Source of the DNA: a virus
Taxonomy: Duplodnaviria > Caudoviricetes
DNA: 64,000 nucleotides
IMG/VR virus record: IMGVR_UViG_3300042268_000564
Direction: 5' to 3' (one strand)
The notes beneath the pieces are model-generated. The model was not told the DNA's origin, ran no database searches, and saw nothing but the letters and a program-made list of their open reading frames with translations. Positions 1 through 8,997 of this stretch are shown here, piece by piece (the stretch's first letter is position 1; the number at the start of each line of letters is the position of its first letter). A program made the position numbers and the translations under genes.

Positions 1-156
1 TGTGAGGGTGTTGGTGTAGCTGTCAAAGACGTTGAACAGGCTTTTCGGTTATTAAGTGACCATGTTAAGGGGAATGTTTTTACCTTTGACTCTTATCCTT
101 CTGTTCAAAAGGCTGAAATTCCTGCGCCTGACAAACGTGCGATTGAGATGATGTAA
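1..156 (+). CDS. 3' end of a hypothetical protein (partial, ends ...AIEMM*)
   Basis: Frame 1 is open from position 1 to TAA at 154-156; the next ATG is at 158. Confidence 0.6.
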   Translation, partial: CEGVGVAVKDVEQAFRLLSDHVKGNVFTFDSYPSVQKAEIPAPDKRAIEMM

Positions 157-157
157 G

Positions 158-382
158 ATGCCAATATCGCCATCAAGCGACCGAGCCACATTGTCCGAGA
201 TTCGAGTTAAGATATTAGCCGATTTATTCCAAAATGGATGTATTTCAAAACATTCATTGTTGGATTTTATGGGTTTTGAGGGTTTTAAAGGGATGAAAGC
301 AAACTGTTGTTTTATTGATGATTGCTTTGAGTTCGGCAATAATAGACGTTCTTTGGAAGAGCAAGTTTGGGATATGTTGTGA
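158..382 (+). CDS. hypothetical protein ending ...QVWDML*
   Basis: ORF in an overlapping-gene operon; stop overlaps the next GTG. Confidence 0.6.
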   Translation: MPISPSSDRATLSEIRVKILADLFQNGCISKHSLLDFMGFEGFKGMKANCCFIDDCFEFGNNRRSLEEQVWDML

Positions 383-678
383 CCAAAAATTTTGACATTG
401 ATATTGTTGGTGAATTGGATTCCTCTGCCAGAGCCGAAATGCAGAAAGATGCAGAGGATATTATTGCTGCAAGAAAAGAAGCAAAGCTCAGACAAGAATT
501 TCCAGACGAGTATGCGACTACTGGTTATGTTGATGTAGCAGCGCAAGGTTTAACATTTATATCATCTAGTGCAGTGCCTGCATTGCCGCAAGCGGGAATG
601 GCGTATTATGATAATAATACAGGCAATATCCATATTTTTGATGGGAAAGATTGGCAGACATTAGCCTCTACGCCATGA
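379..678 (+). CDS. hypothetical protein with N-terminal FDIDI motif and a tail-fibre-like C-terminal motif
   Basis: GTG start overlaps the upstream TGA; PALPQAGMAYYDNNTGNIHIFDGKDW resembles the G-x-x-YY-D...DG-x-x-W motif of phage fibre proteins. Confidence 0.6.
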   Translation: MTKNFDIDIVGELDSSARAEMQKDAEDIIAARKEAKLRQEFPDEYATTGYVDVAAQGLTFISSSAVPALPQAGMAYYDNNTGNIHIFDGKDWQTLASTP

Positions 679-893
679 AAAACTTTGATATCGAGTTGGC
701 AAAAGAGTGTAATGCTGCTGCCGACAAATTACTGAGAGAGCTTGCAGCAGACATAATTTTGAAAAAAAGTTTATTCCCAAGCTTGACAGAGATAAATCTT
801 GAAAGCGGTATTCCAGCTCCAGTGAATAATAAGTGGAAATTTGTAGATTGGGCAAGTCCTATAATTATCCATAGAGGGAATGTCGATGTTTGA
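675..893 (+). CDS. hypothetical protein (MKNFDIEL...)
   Basis: ATGA overlap with the upstream gene; N-terminus resembles its neighbours. Confidence 0.55.
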   Translation: MKNFDIELAKECNAAADKLLRELAADIILKKSLFPSLTEINLESGIPAPVNNKWKFVDWASPIIIHRGNVDV

Positions 894-1257
894 CATTGAT
901 TTCGTTAGAGAGAATGATAAAGAGTTGCGTGATGCAATAAGGGATGAAATGTCCAAGATTTCCAAGCCAAGTGAACCTGAATTTGAGGAAGTGAATTTTA
1001 AGGGGCATCACCCTATTGTATTTCTTAATGGCGTGATGCAGATAGAGGGAACTGATTATGAACCTGTAATGTCGCCGGATGGGACTTTTACGGGGATTAC
1101 TTTAACTACTTTCCCTGATGCTAATGATGAGCTTATAGTTAAATGGATTGATACAGACGACAAGGCTACCCCGCCCGTCGAGACGATGTTCTTTGCTTGT
1201 GTTCGAGGACGAGATATGAAAATTAATAGAATTCTATTTAAGGATTATAAAATATGA
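880..1257 (+). CDS. small beta-sandwich (virion/fibre-type) domain protein
   Basis: VFLNGVMQIEGTDY...ITLTTFPDANDELIV matches a common V-x-NG-x-x-Q-x-x-G-x-DY phage structural module. Confidence 0.55.
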   Translation: MSMFDIDFVRENDKELRDAIRDEMSKISKPSEPEFEEVNFKGHHPIVFLNGVMQIEGTDYEPVMSPDGTFTGITLTTFPDANDELIVKWIDTDDKATPPVETMFFACVRGRDMKINRILFKDYKI

Positions 1258-1610
1258 ACGTGCCAATAAAAATTAAACAAGATATCAAAGTTTTATATTT
1301 GCCAAAAGACAGGCTGCTGAACGGAGAATATGAAATAGAATTTTATCAAAATGGTCTATTGTTAAGTCTTGGCGAGGAATATAAATTAGTGCTGAGAGAC
1401 ACTAAACTTTACGCTGAATTTCTTTATCCTAATGATGGCGATGTGTTCAAAATGAGAATCCAGAGTCGTGTTATTGATAGTTCTAATTTTGGAGCTTATA
1501 TCTGTTGCTCGATGTTTTGTAAAAGATTTCATAACAAATCTAACTTGTTTTTTTCAGGGATTGTGTTAATAGATGATGAAATAGCTAATATTGAAATGGA
1601 CTTACTCTAA
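1254..1610 (+). CDS. probable paralog of 880-1257, ending EMDLL*
   Basis: FYQNGLLLSLGEEY...YPNDGDVFKM aligns by eye with the neighbour's motif. Confidence 0.5.
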   Translation: MNVPIKIKQDIKVLYLPKDRLLNGEYEIEFYQNGLLLSLGEEYKLVLRDTKLYAEFLYPNDGDVFKMRIQSRVIDSSNFGAYICCSMFCKRFHNKSNLFFSGIVLIDDEIANIEMDLL

Positions 1611-2797
1611 TCCATTAAGCAAAAATCCAGCTCATTATCATAGAATTTTTTAATTCTATTCTCTGCAATCTTTACATATTCAGGGCTAAGTTCTATTCCG
1701 ATAAAGTTTTTATTTTGCTCCATTGCTACGATACCAGTAGTCCCAGAGCCAAAGAATGGGTCGAGCACGGTTCCACCTTCAGGACAGCCAGCAAGAATAC
1801 ATGGCGTTATTAATTCACGAGGATAAGAAGCGTAGTGTTTTTCATTATTGCCTTTAACAGCAATTGTCCAAACGTCTCTGCGATTGCGCATCTCATCTAC
1901 GTGCCTTTTCCCTAATTCCTTTAGACCATCTTTGTTGTGTCCGCCACATTCTGACCAAGTGAAATGATTTTGTCCGCCGGGCAGGTCACCAGCTCTTACT
2001 GATGGCTCTTTGATTGCATCATTGTTGAAATAATATTTTGGCTTTTTGCTGAAAAGGAAAATGTATTCGTGAGCACGGCTACAACGGTCTTGAACTGATT
2101 CAGGCATTGGGTTCCCGCTCCAGCCATGTTTGCAGGCATCGCCAGAAACACCTTTTGCCCAAATGATGTCTTGACGTAAAATCCAGCCATCATCTTGTAG
2201 TGCAAATGCCACCCTCCAAGGAATTCCCAACAAATTCTTTGCAGGCAATTCTTTGGTCGTTTTTGTTAAGGTACCAGTTGTAGAACCTTTATTTGTTTTT
2301 TGCATCTCAGAGCCGACTATTGAACCGTCGCTCATCATTCCCTTACCACTGCCAGCATAAGAATCACCTAAATTGAGCCATAAAGTGCCTGATGGTTTTA
2401 ATACCCTACGTATCTCTCTGAATACCACAGTGAGCTTTTCAAGGTATTCTTTCATTGTAAATTCAAGACCAATTTGTTTGTCGATTCTTTTTGCGCCACA
2501 TTTCTCACAGATATCTTTGTAATAGTAGCCATCTATTTTTGTTTCTTCTCGACTCGGACGATTTTGATTAAACTCAGGATTGCCAAATTTCTTTGTTCTT
2601 GTTGGGTCAGCTACGTGGTCGCAATCAAGCGAACCACCCTCCCACGTAGACGTTCCATAATCACGAAGCCCAAGGTAGGGAGGCGAGGTTACACAGCAAT
2701 CAACAGAGTTGTCTGGTAGTTGTTTTAAGACCTCTATGCAGTCACCGTTGATGATGGAGTTGGGTTCAATCGTGGGTGTTGTAGTGACGTTTATCAT
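1607..2797 (-). CDS. DNA methyltransferase, beta class (N4-C/N6-A)
   Basis: Catalytic CVTSPPY near the N-terminus; SAM-binding DPFFGSGTTG near the C-terminus. Confidence 0.93.
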   Translation of the reverse strand: MINVTTTPTIEPNSIINGDCIEVLKQLPDNSVDCCVTSPPYLGLRDYGTSTWEGGSLDCDHVADPTRTKKFGNPEFNQNRPSREETKIDGYYYKDICEKCGAKRIDKQIGLEFTMKEYLEKLTVVFREIRRVLKPSGTLWLNLGDSYAGSGKGMMSDGSIVGSEMQKTNKGSTTGTLTKTTKELPAKNLLGIPWRVAFALQDDGWILRQDIIWAKGVSGDACKHGWSGNPMPESVQDRCSRAHEYIFLFSKKPKYYFNNDAIKEPSVRAGDLPGGQNHFTWSECGGHNKDGLKELGKRHVDEMRNRRDVWTIAVKGNNEKHYASYPRELITPCILAGCPEGGTVLDPFFGSGTTGIVAMEQNKNFIGIELSPEYVKIAENRIKKFYDNELDFCLMD

Positions 2798-2838
2798 TTA
2801 AACATATCCAATTCTTCAAATTTGTATACTTTTGCCAT
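2794..2838 (-). CDS. 14-aa micro-ORF MAKVYKFEELDMFK (tag-only peptide or gene remnant)
   Basis: ATG at 2838 with GAGGT upstream; TGA overlaps the ATG of the 1607-2797 MTase. Confidence 0.35.
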   Translation of the reverse strand: MAKVYKFEELDMFK

Positions 2839-2878
2839 ACAATCGTTTACCTCTGCTATACAATCTTGTTCATTTTTT

Positions 2879-2924
2879 AATTTTGTTCACAAAAAATGAA
2901 CAAGCATTTTTTGTGAACAAAATT
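2879..2924. repeat. perfect 20-bp inverted repeat with 6-nt loop
   Basis: AATTTTGTTCACAAAAAATG-aacaag-CATTTTTTGTGAACAAAATT. Confidence 0.85.
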
Positions 2925-4348
2925 TAATCGAACATGTCTATTTCTTGCATTTGAATAGCAGGGAATTGACTATTGCTGGACAGGGGAACTTTTTCTTTTT
3001 TATGAACATTAGCCGTAGCGCAGGTTTCATTGGCTACAATCTCAAGTCTGGCTTTTGCAGTGCCGAATGATTCCTTTTCTTTCTCAATACCAATAAAATA
3101 TCTACCTTCCATCAAGCAGCCAATGCCTGTAGAGCCACTTCCCATAAATGGGTCTAATACAATGCCCCCAGTTGGCGTTTTTGTTAATTTAGCAAGGTAA
3201 GACATGAGGTTGCGATTTTTTACAGCAGGATGTTTGTTTTCTACTTGTCCATCGCACGTCCTATCTCGTTTTGAGGCTTTCGCACAATAATAGAATCTTG
3301 CAATGGAGCCTGAATCGCCATGTTGGTTTTGCGGGTTGCTTTTACCTCGCAAGAGGGTGGTGTTGCTGTCGCCATCATAAGCATTTACATCTTTCTTTGT
3401 TGCACCTGATTTGGTTTTGCCATATTTATTAAATTCTTGCATTACATCATCAGAGCCGTCGTGAATCACGTTACTGGGGAAACGACCATTCTCGCTATTT
3501 TTTATGATTTGTTCAGGAGGGAGTATGGGACTGACATTGAAATCAATATTTGCACTTTTGTTTGTTTTCACACTTTTAAAGCTGTGCCTTTTTTGTTCAT
3601 ATTTTTCTCTGTCAGATAGACCTATTGGCACTCTGCACTCCTCAATGTTTAAGCCAGCCACACCCCATTTAAGAGCATTATCAACATAACTGCCCTCATT
3701 AGGCTTCGTCATTACCAAAATTGGCTCAAAGGCAGGTTTAAGTGCGTGACTATGCCAACCATTCCATAGTTCGGCTTCAGGACTTGCTGGTTTTGTAATT
3801 TGGATAACATTGCCATGTTCATTGTAGTTATTAGGTCTATGTCCTTGTACCACATTTGCTTTGTTGACATTTGCCATTCCGCCAGACTTTGTAATGGTCT
3901 CAGATATAACCTCTCGTTCAAGCCCTTTTGTCTTGTCTATTTTTTTTGAAATGTTAAGCGATTTGGGAAATCCTTCTGAGTGAAGAAAGAATATACAATC
4001 CTTGAATGTAAAGCCTGCGAGCTGCATAGAGATTGCCATCAAGTCGAAGGTTCTAGTCCCAGCAAATACCAGCGCAGTACCTCCCGGCTTTAAAACACGA
4101 CAAACTTCTTTCCAGATAGCAGGAGGTGGAACGCTGCTGTCCCATTCTTTACTCATAAAACCTTTAGCCCCCACTTTGTCGGCAGAATGTTGTCCCAAAT
4201 CAAGCCATTCCTGTAACAAGCCAGCGAGGTCTTTTATCTCGCCTAGCCCGTATGGTGGGTCGGAAATTACAGTGTCGACAGAGTTGTCGTCCATTTTTTT
4301 AAGCTCGTCGTAACAATCGCCGTGGATGAGTTGGTATTTTTCCTGCAT
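2924..4348 (-). CDS. DNA methyltransferase, beta class, large insert; ends QEIDMFD*
   Basis: ISDPPY, HPAVK and DPFMGSGSTG motifs. Confidence 0.93.
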   Translation of the reverse strand: MQEKYQLIHGDCYDELKKMDDNSVDTVISDPPYGLGEIKDLAGLLQEWLDLGQHSADKVGAKGFMSKEWDSSVPPPAIWKEVCRVLKPGGTALVFAGTRTFDLMAISMQLAGFTFKDCIFFLHSEGFPKSLNISKKIDKTKGLEREVISETITKSGGMANVNKANVVQGHRPNNYNEHGNVIQITKPASPEAELWNGWHSHALKPAFEPILVMTKPNEGSYVDNALKWGVAGLNIEECRVPIGLSDREKYEQKRHSFKSVKTNKSANIDFNVSPILPPEQIIKNSENGRFPSNVIHDGSDDVMQEFNKYGKTKSGATKKDVNAYDGDSNTTLLRGKSNPQNQHGDSGSIARFYYCAKASKRDRTCDGQVENKHPAVKNRNLMSYLAKLTKTPTGGIVLDPFMGSGSTGIGCLMEGRYFIGIEKEKESFGTAKARLEIVANETCATANVHKKEKVPLSSNSQFPAIQMQEIDMFD

Positions 4349-4358
4349 AATTTTCCCA

Positions 4359-4386
4359 TTGACAATATTGATTCGCTATTTATAAT
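4359..4386 (+). promoter_or_regulatory. sigma70-type promoter, 16-bp spacer
   Basis: TTGACA 4359-4364, TATAAT 4381-4386. Confidence 0.75.
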
Positions 4387-4405
4387 ACCTTTGACGGGAG
4401 AAAAT

Positions 4406-4753
4406 ATGACAGAGATATTCTTAAAAGACATGCGCCGCAAGCTTGAATCTGTTGGCGTATTGACAAGAAAAGAGCAGATGCAATTATTGGACATTGCAGA
4501 ACAACAAAGGTTGACAAATAAAGAGTTGAAGTTACTAGAGTATTTCCTTGATGATTACGGGAATGATTTAAGTAACAGGGGGTGTAATGACGTGCCTGAG
4601 AACGTTTGGAAGGATTGGTCAATAGATGAGCGCAAAAACTTTGTAAAGGCTTATCATGATTACAATGGTGGCACCGAAGAATTTGATGAAAACTTTTTAC
4701 ATTTGCCTGATTATTGTATTGTCAGTTTTTTAAGACATAAATTAAAAGGTTGA
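4406..4753 (+). CDS. hypothetical protein
   Basis: GGGAG SD before ATG 4406; directly downstream of a promoter. Confidence 0.65.
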   Translation: MTEIFLKDMRRKLESVGVLTRKEQMQLLDIAEQQRLTNKELKLLEYFLDDYGNDLSNRGCNDVPENVWKDWSIDERKNFVKAYHDYNGGTEEFDENFLHLPDYCIVSFLRHKLKG

Positions 4754-4756
4754 AAA

Positions 4757-5386
4757 ATGATTTCAGTGATTACTAACTTCGGGTGTGATGAGGGATGTTC
4801 TTATTGCATAATGCGAGGACATCCTTTTGAACATGTAAAAACAACTGTTCAATCCACTGATTGGGAAGAATTAAAACGGGTTTTGCAAGGGCAGATAAGA
4901 ATTTCTGTTTCTGGTGGTGGCGACCCTTTATATCAACTTGAGCAAAATATGGACTGGTGGGAACATTTCTTTGACGTTGCACAAGGTCTTGAAATTGACT
5001 TACACACAGCAAAACTATCGCCAGTCAGCTTTGCAAGGAATTTCGCAAAGTATGTTTGGCATGTTAAAGACATAACAAAACCAATAGCGTTAGAATATAA
5101 ACAACTGGTTGACTATGGAATACCTGTAAGAATGGTAGCTGTGGGAGAAGAAAGATACACTGAGGATGATTATCTGCGTTTCGCAAGGCAAGTTGTGATG
5201 ATGGGGTTTCAATGTTCTTTCCGTGAATTGGTTGTTGATGGTGAAGCAAAGAATATCGCTTTGACAAGTTTTTTGGAGACAGAGCGTTGGTGGAAATTTG
5301 TTCGGCAAGCTGATTATAATACGTATTTCATGCCCGATAATAATCTTTATGATAAGTTCTTGATAGGAGAAACCTCTCATGCTTAA
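4757..5386 (+). CDS. radical SAM protein (small, stand-alone)
   Basis: CDEGCSYC (CX3CX2C) and SVSGGGDPL motifs. Confidence 0.85.
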   Translation: MISVITNFGCDEGCSYCIMRGHPFEHVKTTVQSTDWEELKRVLQGQIRISVSGGGDPLYQLEQNMDWWEHFFDVAQGLEIDLHTAKLSPVSFARNFAKYVWHVKDITKPIALEYKQLVDYGIPVRMVAVGEERYTEDDYLRFARQVVMMGFQCSFRELVVDGEAKNIALTSFLETERWWKFVRQADYNTYFMPDNNLYDKFLIGETSHA

Positions 5387-7433
5387 ATTTAAAAATGCAT
5401 TTTATTTGCCTTCTGGACGAATTTTTCTGCTCGAAACAGGTGACGGTTATCCCATTGAATGTACTGAAATGAGAGACGTGATGGTTGATAGCAAGCAACA
5501 TGATGCAGTAAGAACCAGTATCGACCCGAAAGTTATTTGGCAGCATTTGCGCCCGTATGACAAGAAATGGCTTCTCACTGTGAGCACTCAGAAAGGTTGT
5601 CCGCATAATTGTCAATTTTGTTTGGTACCCGGTTCGCCAATATTGATGCAAAACTTTAATTCAATACCGATAGAAGAAGTGAAATTAAATGATATTGTTT
5701 GGGTTCCAACCCCGTCTAATGAGTTCTGCAAATATCCTGCACAATATGCAACAAAAAAATATGTTAGCCTGAGCAAGGTAACTGGTTTAATTAAACGGGT
5801 TTATAGTGGAGAAGTCTTTTCTATCAAAACTAAGTCGGGTTTATGTATAGAATGGATAACACAAGAACACCCTGTTTATGTGTTACGAAAAGGGCGTTTT
5901 AAAGCAACTCCAGCAAATGAGCTTAGTGTTGGTGACACAGTTCTTTCTTTTAAGTCTGCAAGTCTTTCCCCTACGAATATTAATTGGGAAAGGGGATGGC
6001 TTGCTGGCATGGCGGATGGTGATATGTATAGAGGTTTTTATACAAATACTATGATGCCAAGAATGTCATTAATGCAAAATAATATTGAAGTTGTGGCTTT
6101 TGCAAAAAGCATTCTAGACAAATATGGGATTAATACGAGTGCAATAAACCCGGTAAAAAACAAGGGAAACGGGGGCTATATAGTTACATGGGGTGGCAAA
6201 GCTGTTGTTGAATTTGATAATTTTATTAATGATGGCGAACAAGATGAGGATTATATGAGAGGGTATATCGCAGGTTTTTGGGACGCTGAAGGGGCTAACT
6301 TGTCTAATGGCGATTGTGTTAGAGCTTATAATAAAAATATAGCTTTTTTAAACAAAGCAGAAAGCTATTGTCATCGACTTGGATATATTTCTGCACATGT
6401 AGTGCATTCTTCTGGCTGTAGCTACATACAAACAGGAATTCGAAAATTTGATTTTATTACTAAATTTAGACCACAGCATCCAAAATCTTTTTTTTGGCGC
6501 AATCAAAACAAGACAAGATGGGCGGCTGACACTTATGGAGTGGATACGATTATAGAAATTCAAAAAAAGCAGTATTGTGGAGTCGTTCACAATATAGAAA
6601 CTGAAATGCATTCATACTTTACTGGCGGGGTTGCAAACCATAATTGTGACGTCGCGCCGCTCCCATTCGAGGGGAATTTAACGAGGAACGAAATTCTTGC
6701 TCAGGTGCAATTTTTGATAAGAACGACACCGTATGCAGTTGGCAGCCAAAAGGTTAAGATTGGTTTCGCTCGAATGGGCGAGCCTGCCCACAACCTGCAA
6801 AACGTATTGGATGCCATACGAGAACTTTTGCCGCCATATGAAAAAGGGAAAACAGTGGAAATTGTTGGCGGGACAATGCCATTCTGTAATTTTAAGTGGC
6901 TCCCATGCTTTAATTCTATTCTGCCACGAAAAACTATAGAGGGATTAAGCGGTGAAGATGTTCTGAAGCGTGTTATTGAGTTTAAAGAGACTGTCTGTCA
7001 TGGTTTTTTGCATTTACAGATAAGTTGTAATTCCACAGATGAGACCAAGCGCAAAGAATTGTTTGGTGGGGCGGATGTTCTTTCCTTGCCAGAAATAGTT
7101 GAAATAGTCAACAAAACTGAAATAACCGACAGAACTATTACTTTGAATTTTATTGTGATGAAGGGGGTAGAGGTCGATGTTCAGAAGCTTGTAAAAATGG
7201 GCTTGAATCCCAACAAGTTCGCAGTGAAACTTATTCCGTTGAATCAGACTAACAATAGCAGTGAGAATGGTCTTGAAACATTTGCCAATTACGACAACTA
7301 TGATGATTTGAAAAAGTTGGCAGATGAATTTAAAAGCCATAATATCCCTGTAGTTTTTGATGCAATTGCCAAGTGCGAAGAAGCTGGACTCTGCTGTGGG
7401 CAGTTGGCACATATTTTTATAAAAAATGCTTGA
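5379..7433 (+). CDS. RlmN/Cfr-like radical SAM methyltransferase containing an intein
   Basis: Extein motifs VSTQKGCPHNCQF|C, RMGEPAHN, KLIPLN, CCGQL match the RlmN/Cfr pattern. Confidence 0.85.
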   Translation: MLKFKNAFYLPSGRIFLLETGDGYPIECTEMRDVMVDSKQHDAVRTSIDPKVIWQHLRPYDKKWLLTVSTQKGCPHNCQFCLVPGSPILMQNFNSIPIEEVKLNDIVWVPTPSNEFCKYPAQYATKKYVSLSKVTGLIKRVYSGEVFSIKTKSGLCIEWITQEHPVYVLRKGRFKATPANELSVGDTVLSFKSASLSPTNINWERGWLAGMADGDMYRGFYTNTMMPRMSLMQNNIEVVAFAKSILDKYGINTSAINPVKNKGNGGYIVTWGGKAVVEFDNFINDGEQDEDYMRGYIAGFWDAEGANLSNGDCVRAYNKNIAFLNKAESYCHRLGYISAHVVHSSGCSYIQTGIRKFDFITKFRPQHPKSFFWRNQNKTRWAADTYGVDTIIEIQKKQYCGVVHNIETEMHSYFTGGVANHNCDVAPLPFEGNLTRNEILAQVQFLIRTTPYAVGSQKVKIGFARMGEPAHNLQNVLDAIRELLPPYEKGKTVEIVGGTMPFCNFKWLPCFNSILPRKTIEGLSGEDVLKRVIEFKETVCHGFLHLQISCNSTDETKRKELFGGADVLSLPEIVEIVNKTEITDRTITLNFIVMKGVEVDVQKLVKMGLNPNKFAVKLIPLNQTNNSSENGLETFANYDNYDDLKKLADEFKSHNIPVVFDAIAKCEEAGLCCGQLAHIFIKNA
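5619..6644 (+). mobile_element. intein with LAGLIDADG homing endonuclease (342 aa)
   Basis: Starts CLVPGSPILM; block B ITQEHP; WLAGMADGD and YIAGFWDAEG; ends VHNIETEMHSYFTGGVANHN followed by Cys+1. Confidence 0.93.
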
Positions 7434-7457
7434 CAATAGTCCAACTCTTTTTATAAT
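7430..7457 (+). promoter_or_regulatory. sigma70-type promoter, 16-bp spacer
   Basis: TTGACA-N16-TATAAT. Confidence 0.8.
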
Positions 7458-7485
7458 AAAAGAAACTACATTTGAGGTGTGATTT

Positions 7486-7695
7486 ATGCCAGACAGCCGA
7501 AAAGAAAAACTGTTGCAAGCCCTGATTGATGAAAGGGCACGTCTTTTGAACAGTCGAGGAGCTTCTACTGAGCATGATGCTGCAATAGAATACTTGCAGA
7601 CAGGCAAAACAGATGTAAGCCCTGACGATGATGAAATGCTCTATGCGGTGATGGAAGATTTTGACTGCATATGCAGCGACTACGGGATTGAATAA
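7486..7695 (+). CDS. hypothetical protein
   Basis: GAGGTG SD; follows a promoter. Confidence 0.65.
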   Translation: MPDSRKEKLLQALIDERARLLNSRGASTEHDAAIEYLQTGKTDVSPDDDEMLYAVMEDFDCICSDYGIE

Positions 7696-7707
7696 TGGAG
7701 GGATAAT

Positions 7708-8127
7708 ATGATTCCAAAAACATTATCTGACCTGCGAAACGGGAAGTGGGGCACCATGTGTGGTGTTGGTGGGAACGAGTGCTTTACCCCAAAAGTTATT
7801 GATACTCTGGAACTCTTTTTCGAGCAAGAAATTGAGTATGAATTTGAAGAGGCAGAGAACAGGGCTTGTATTGTAGACGACCAGTGCGATATTTCAGCTA
7901 TTGGTTCTGTTTATCTACAGGCAAAAGACGGTGTTGAACTAACCGATGAAATGATGCAGGAATACGACATCCTTCATCAGAAATATCACGGCGAACCTGA
8001 CGACATTCTGTCCGAACGGGAACCATTGGAAATCGTTGCCAGATACATTTCCTTGTTGATAGACGATGGTGATGGTTCTTGGCGACCAGATGTTTGTGGA
8101 AACAGGGTTTATTTTGAAACAGAATAG
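7708..8127 (+). CDS. acidic hypothetical protein
   Basis: GGAGG SD; operon position. Confidence 0.65.
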   Translation: MIPKTLSDLRNGKWGTMCGVGGNECFTPKVIDTLELFFEQEIEYEFEEAENRACIVDDQCDISAIGSVYLQAKDGVELTDEMMQEYDILHQKYHGEPDDILSEREPLEIVARYISLLIDDGDGSWRPDVCGNRVYFETE

Positions 8128-8136
8128 AGGACAAAA

Positions 8137-8601
8137 ATGACTATTCCAGATTGGGTATTCGACATTGAATATAAAGCTATGACGCTCAATAATGATTGGG
8201 TTCATGGCTCTTATGTCAAACAGCTCAATGACAAAGGGGAAATATCTCATTGGATGATTCCTTTAAACGCAACTGCTGGCGTAGAGATTCGTCTTGAATC
8301 TCTCTGCCTTTATACTGGACGCAAAGACCGTAGAGGTAGACGAATCTATCAGAATGACTTGATAGGCAAAGATGATGGTAGCGCAGCCCTTGTTGTGTAT
8401 ATGCCAACTACAGGCTTTTTTCTGCGTTGGGGTGAAGGGCGAGGGAGAGCTACATTTTCTCATGTTGGGCGTGATAGCGGATTTTTCGTGATAGGCAATA
8501 TTTGTGAAAATCCTAAACTTGTTGGGCAAATTAGTCGTTGGGGGAAAAGCTATTATAAACAAAAAGTAGCAGCAGACGATGAAATTCCCGTAATTGCATA
8601 A
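8137..8601 (+). CDS. YopX family protein
   Basis: WVHGSY...LCLYTGRKDRRGRRIYQNDLI...VIGNICENPKL is the YopX pattern. Confidence 0.8.
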   Translation: MTIPDWVFDIEYKAMTLNNDWVHGSYVKQLNDKGEISHWMIPLNATAGVEIRLESLCLYTGRKDRRGRRIYQNDLIGKDDGSAALVVYMPTTGFFLRWGEGRGRATFSHVGRDSGFFVIGNICENPKLVGQISRWGKSYYKQKVAADDEIPVIA

Positions 8602-8799
8602 GAAGCAGTATGAACCCGAATCAGGACATTATAAAGCAAGAGGGTATCGTTCGCCAGTTGTGCAGGCGAGATTAAGAGCAAAACAAAGAATGCTAACAAG
8701 GTTGTTTTATGGGTTCAGTAGCAAGAGGCTGGAAAGGAAACATTTTGAAAATTTGGAACGCTTGGAGCAAGAGCGGACTCAGCGTCGGGAGGCTATGAA

Positions 8800-8997
8800 A
8801 TGGCAGTCACCGCAGTAACAATAGGTAAGCTCATTGAAGGGCATCTCGAAAAAGATGAAAAGAAATTTCTGGCTTATGCAAATTTTATTGCCGATGAATA
8901 TGAAAAAACAGGTGATGAGAGAGCTGCACGTATTATAAGAGAACGGCTTGATGGAAGTTATAAAGCCAAGCCAAAACTTGTGGTGCTGGACGAGTAA
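8800..8997 (+). CDS. hypothetical helical protein
   Basis: GGAGG SD; operon position. Confidence 0.55.
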   Translation: MAVTAVTIGKLIEGHLEKDEKKFLAYANFIADEYEKTGDERAARIIRERLDGSYKAKPKLVVLDE

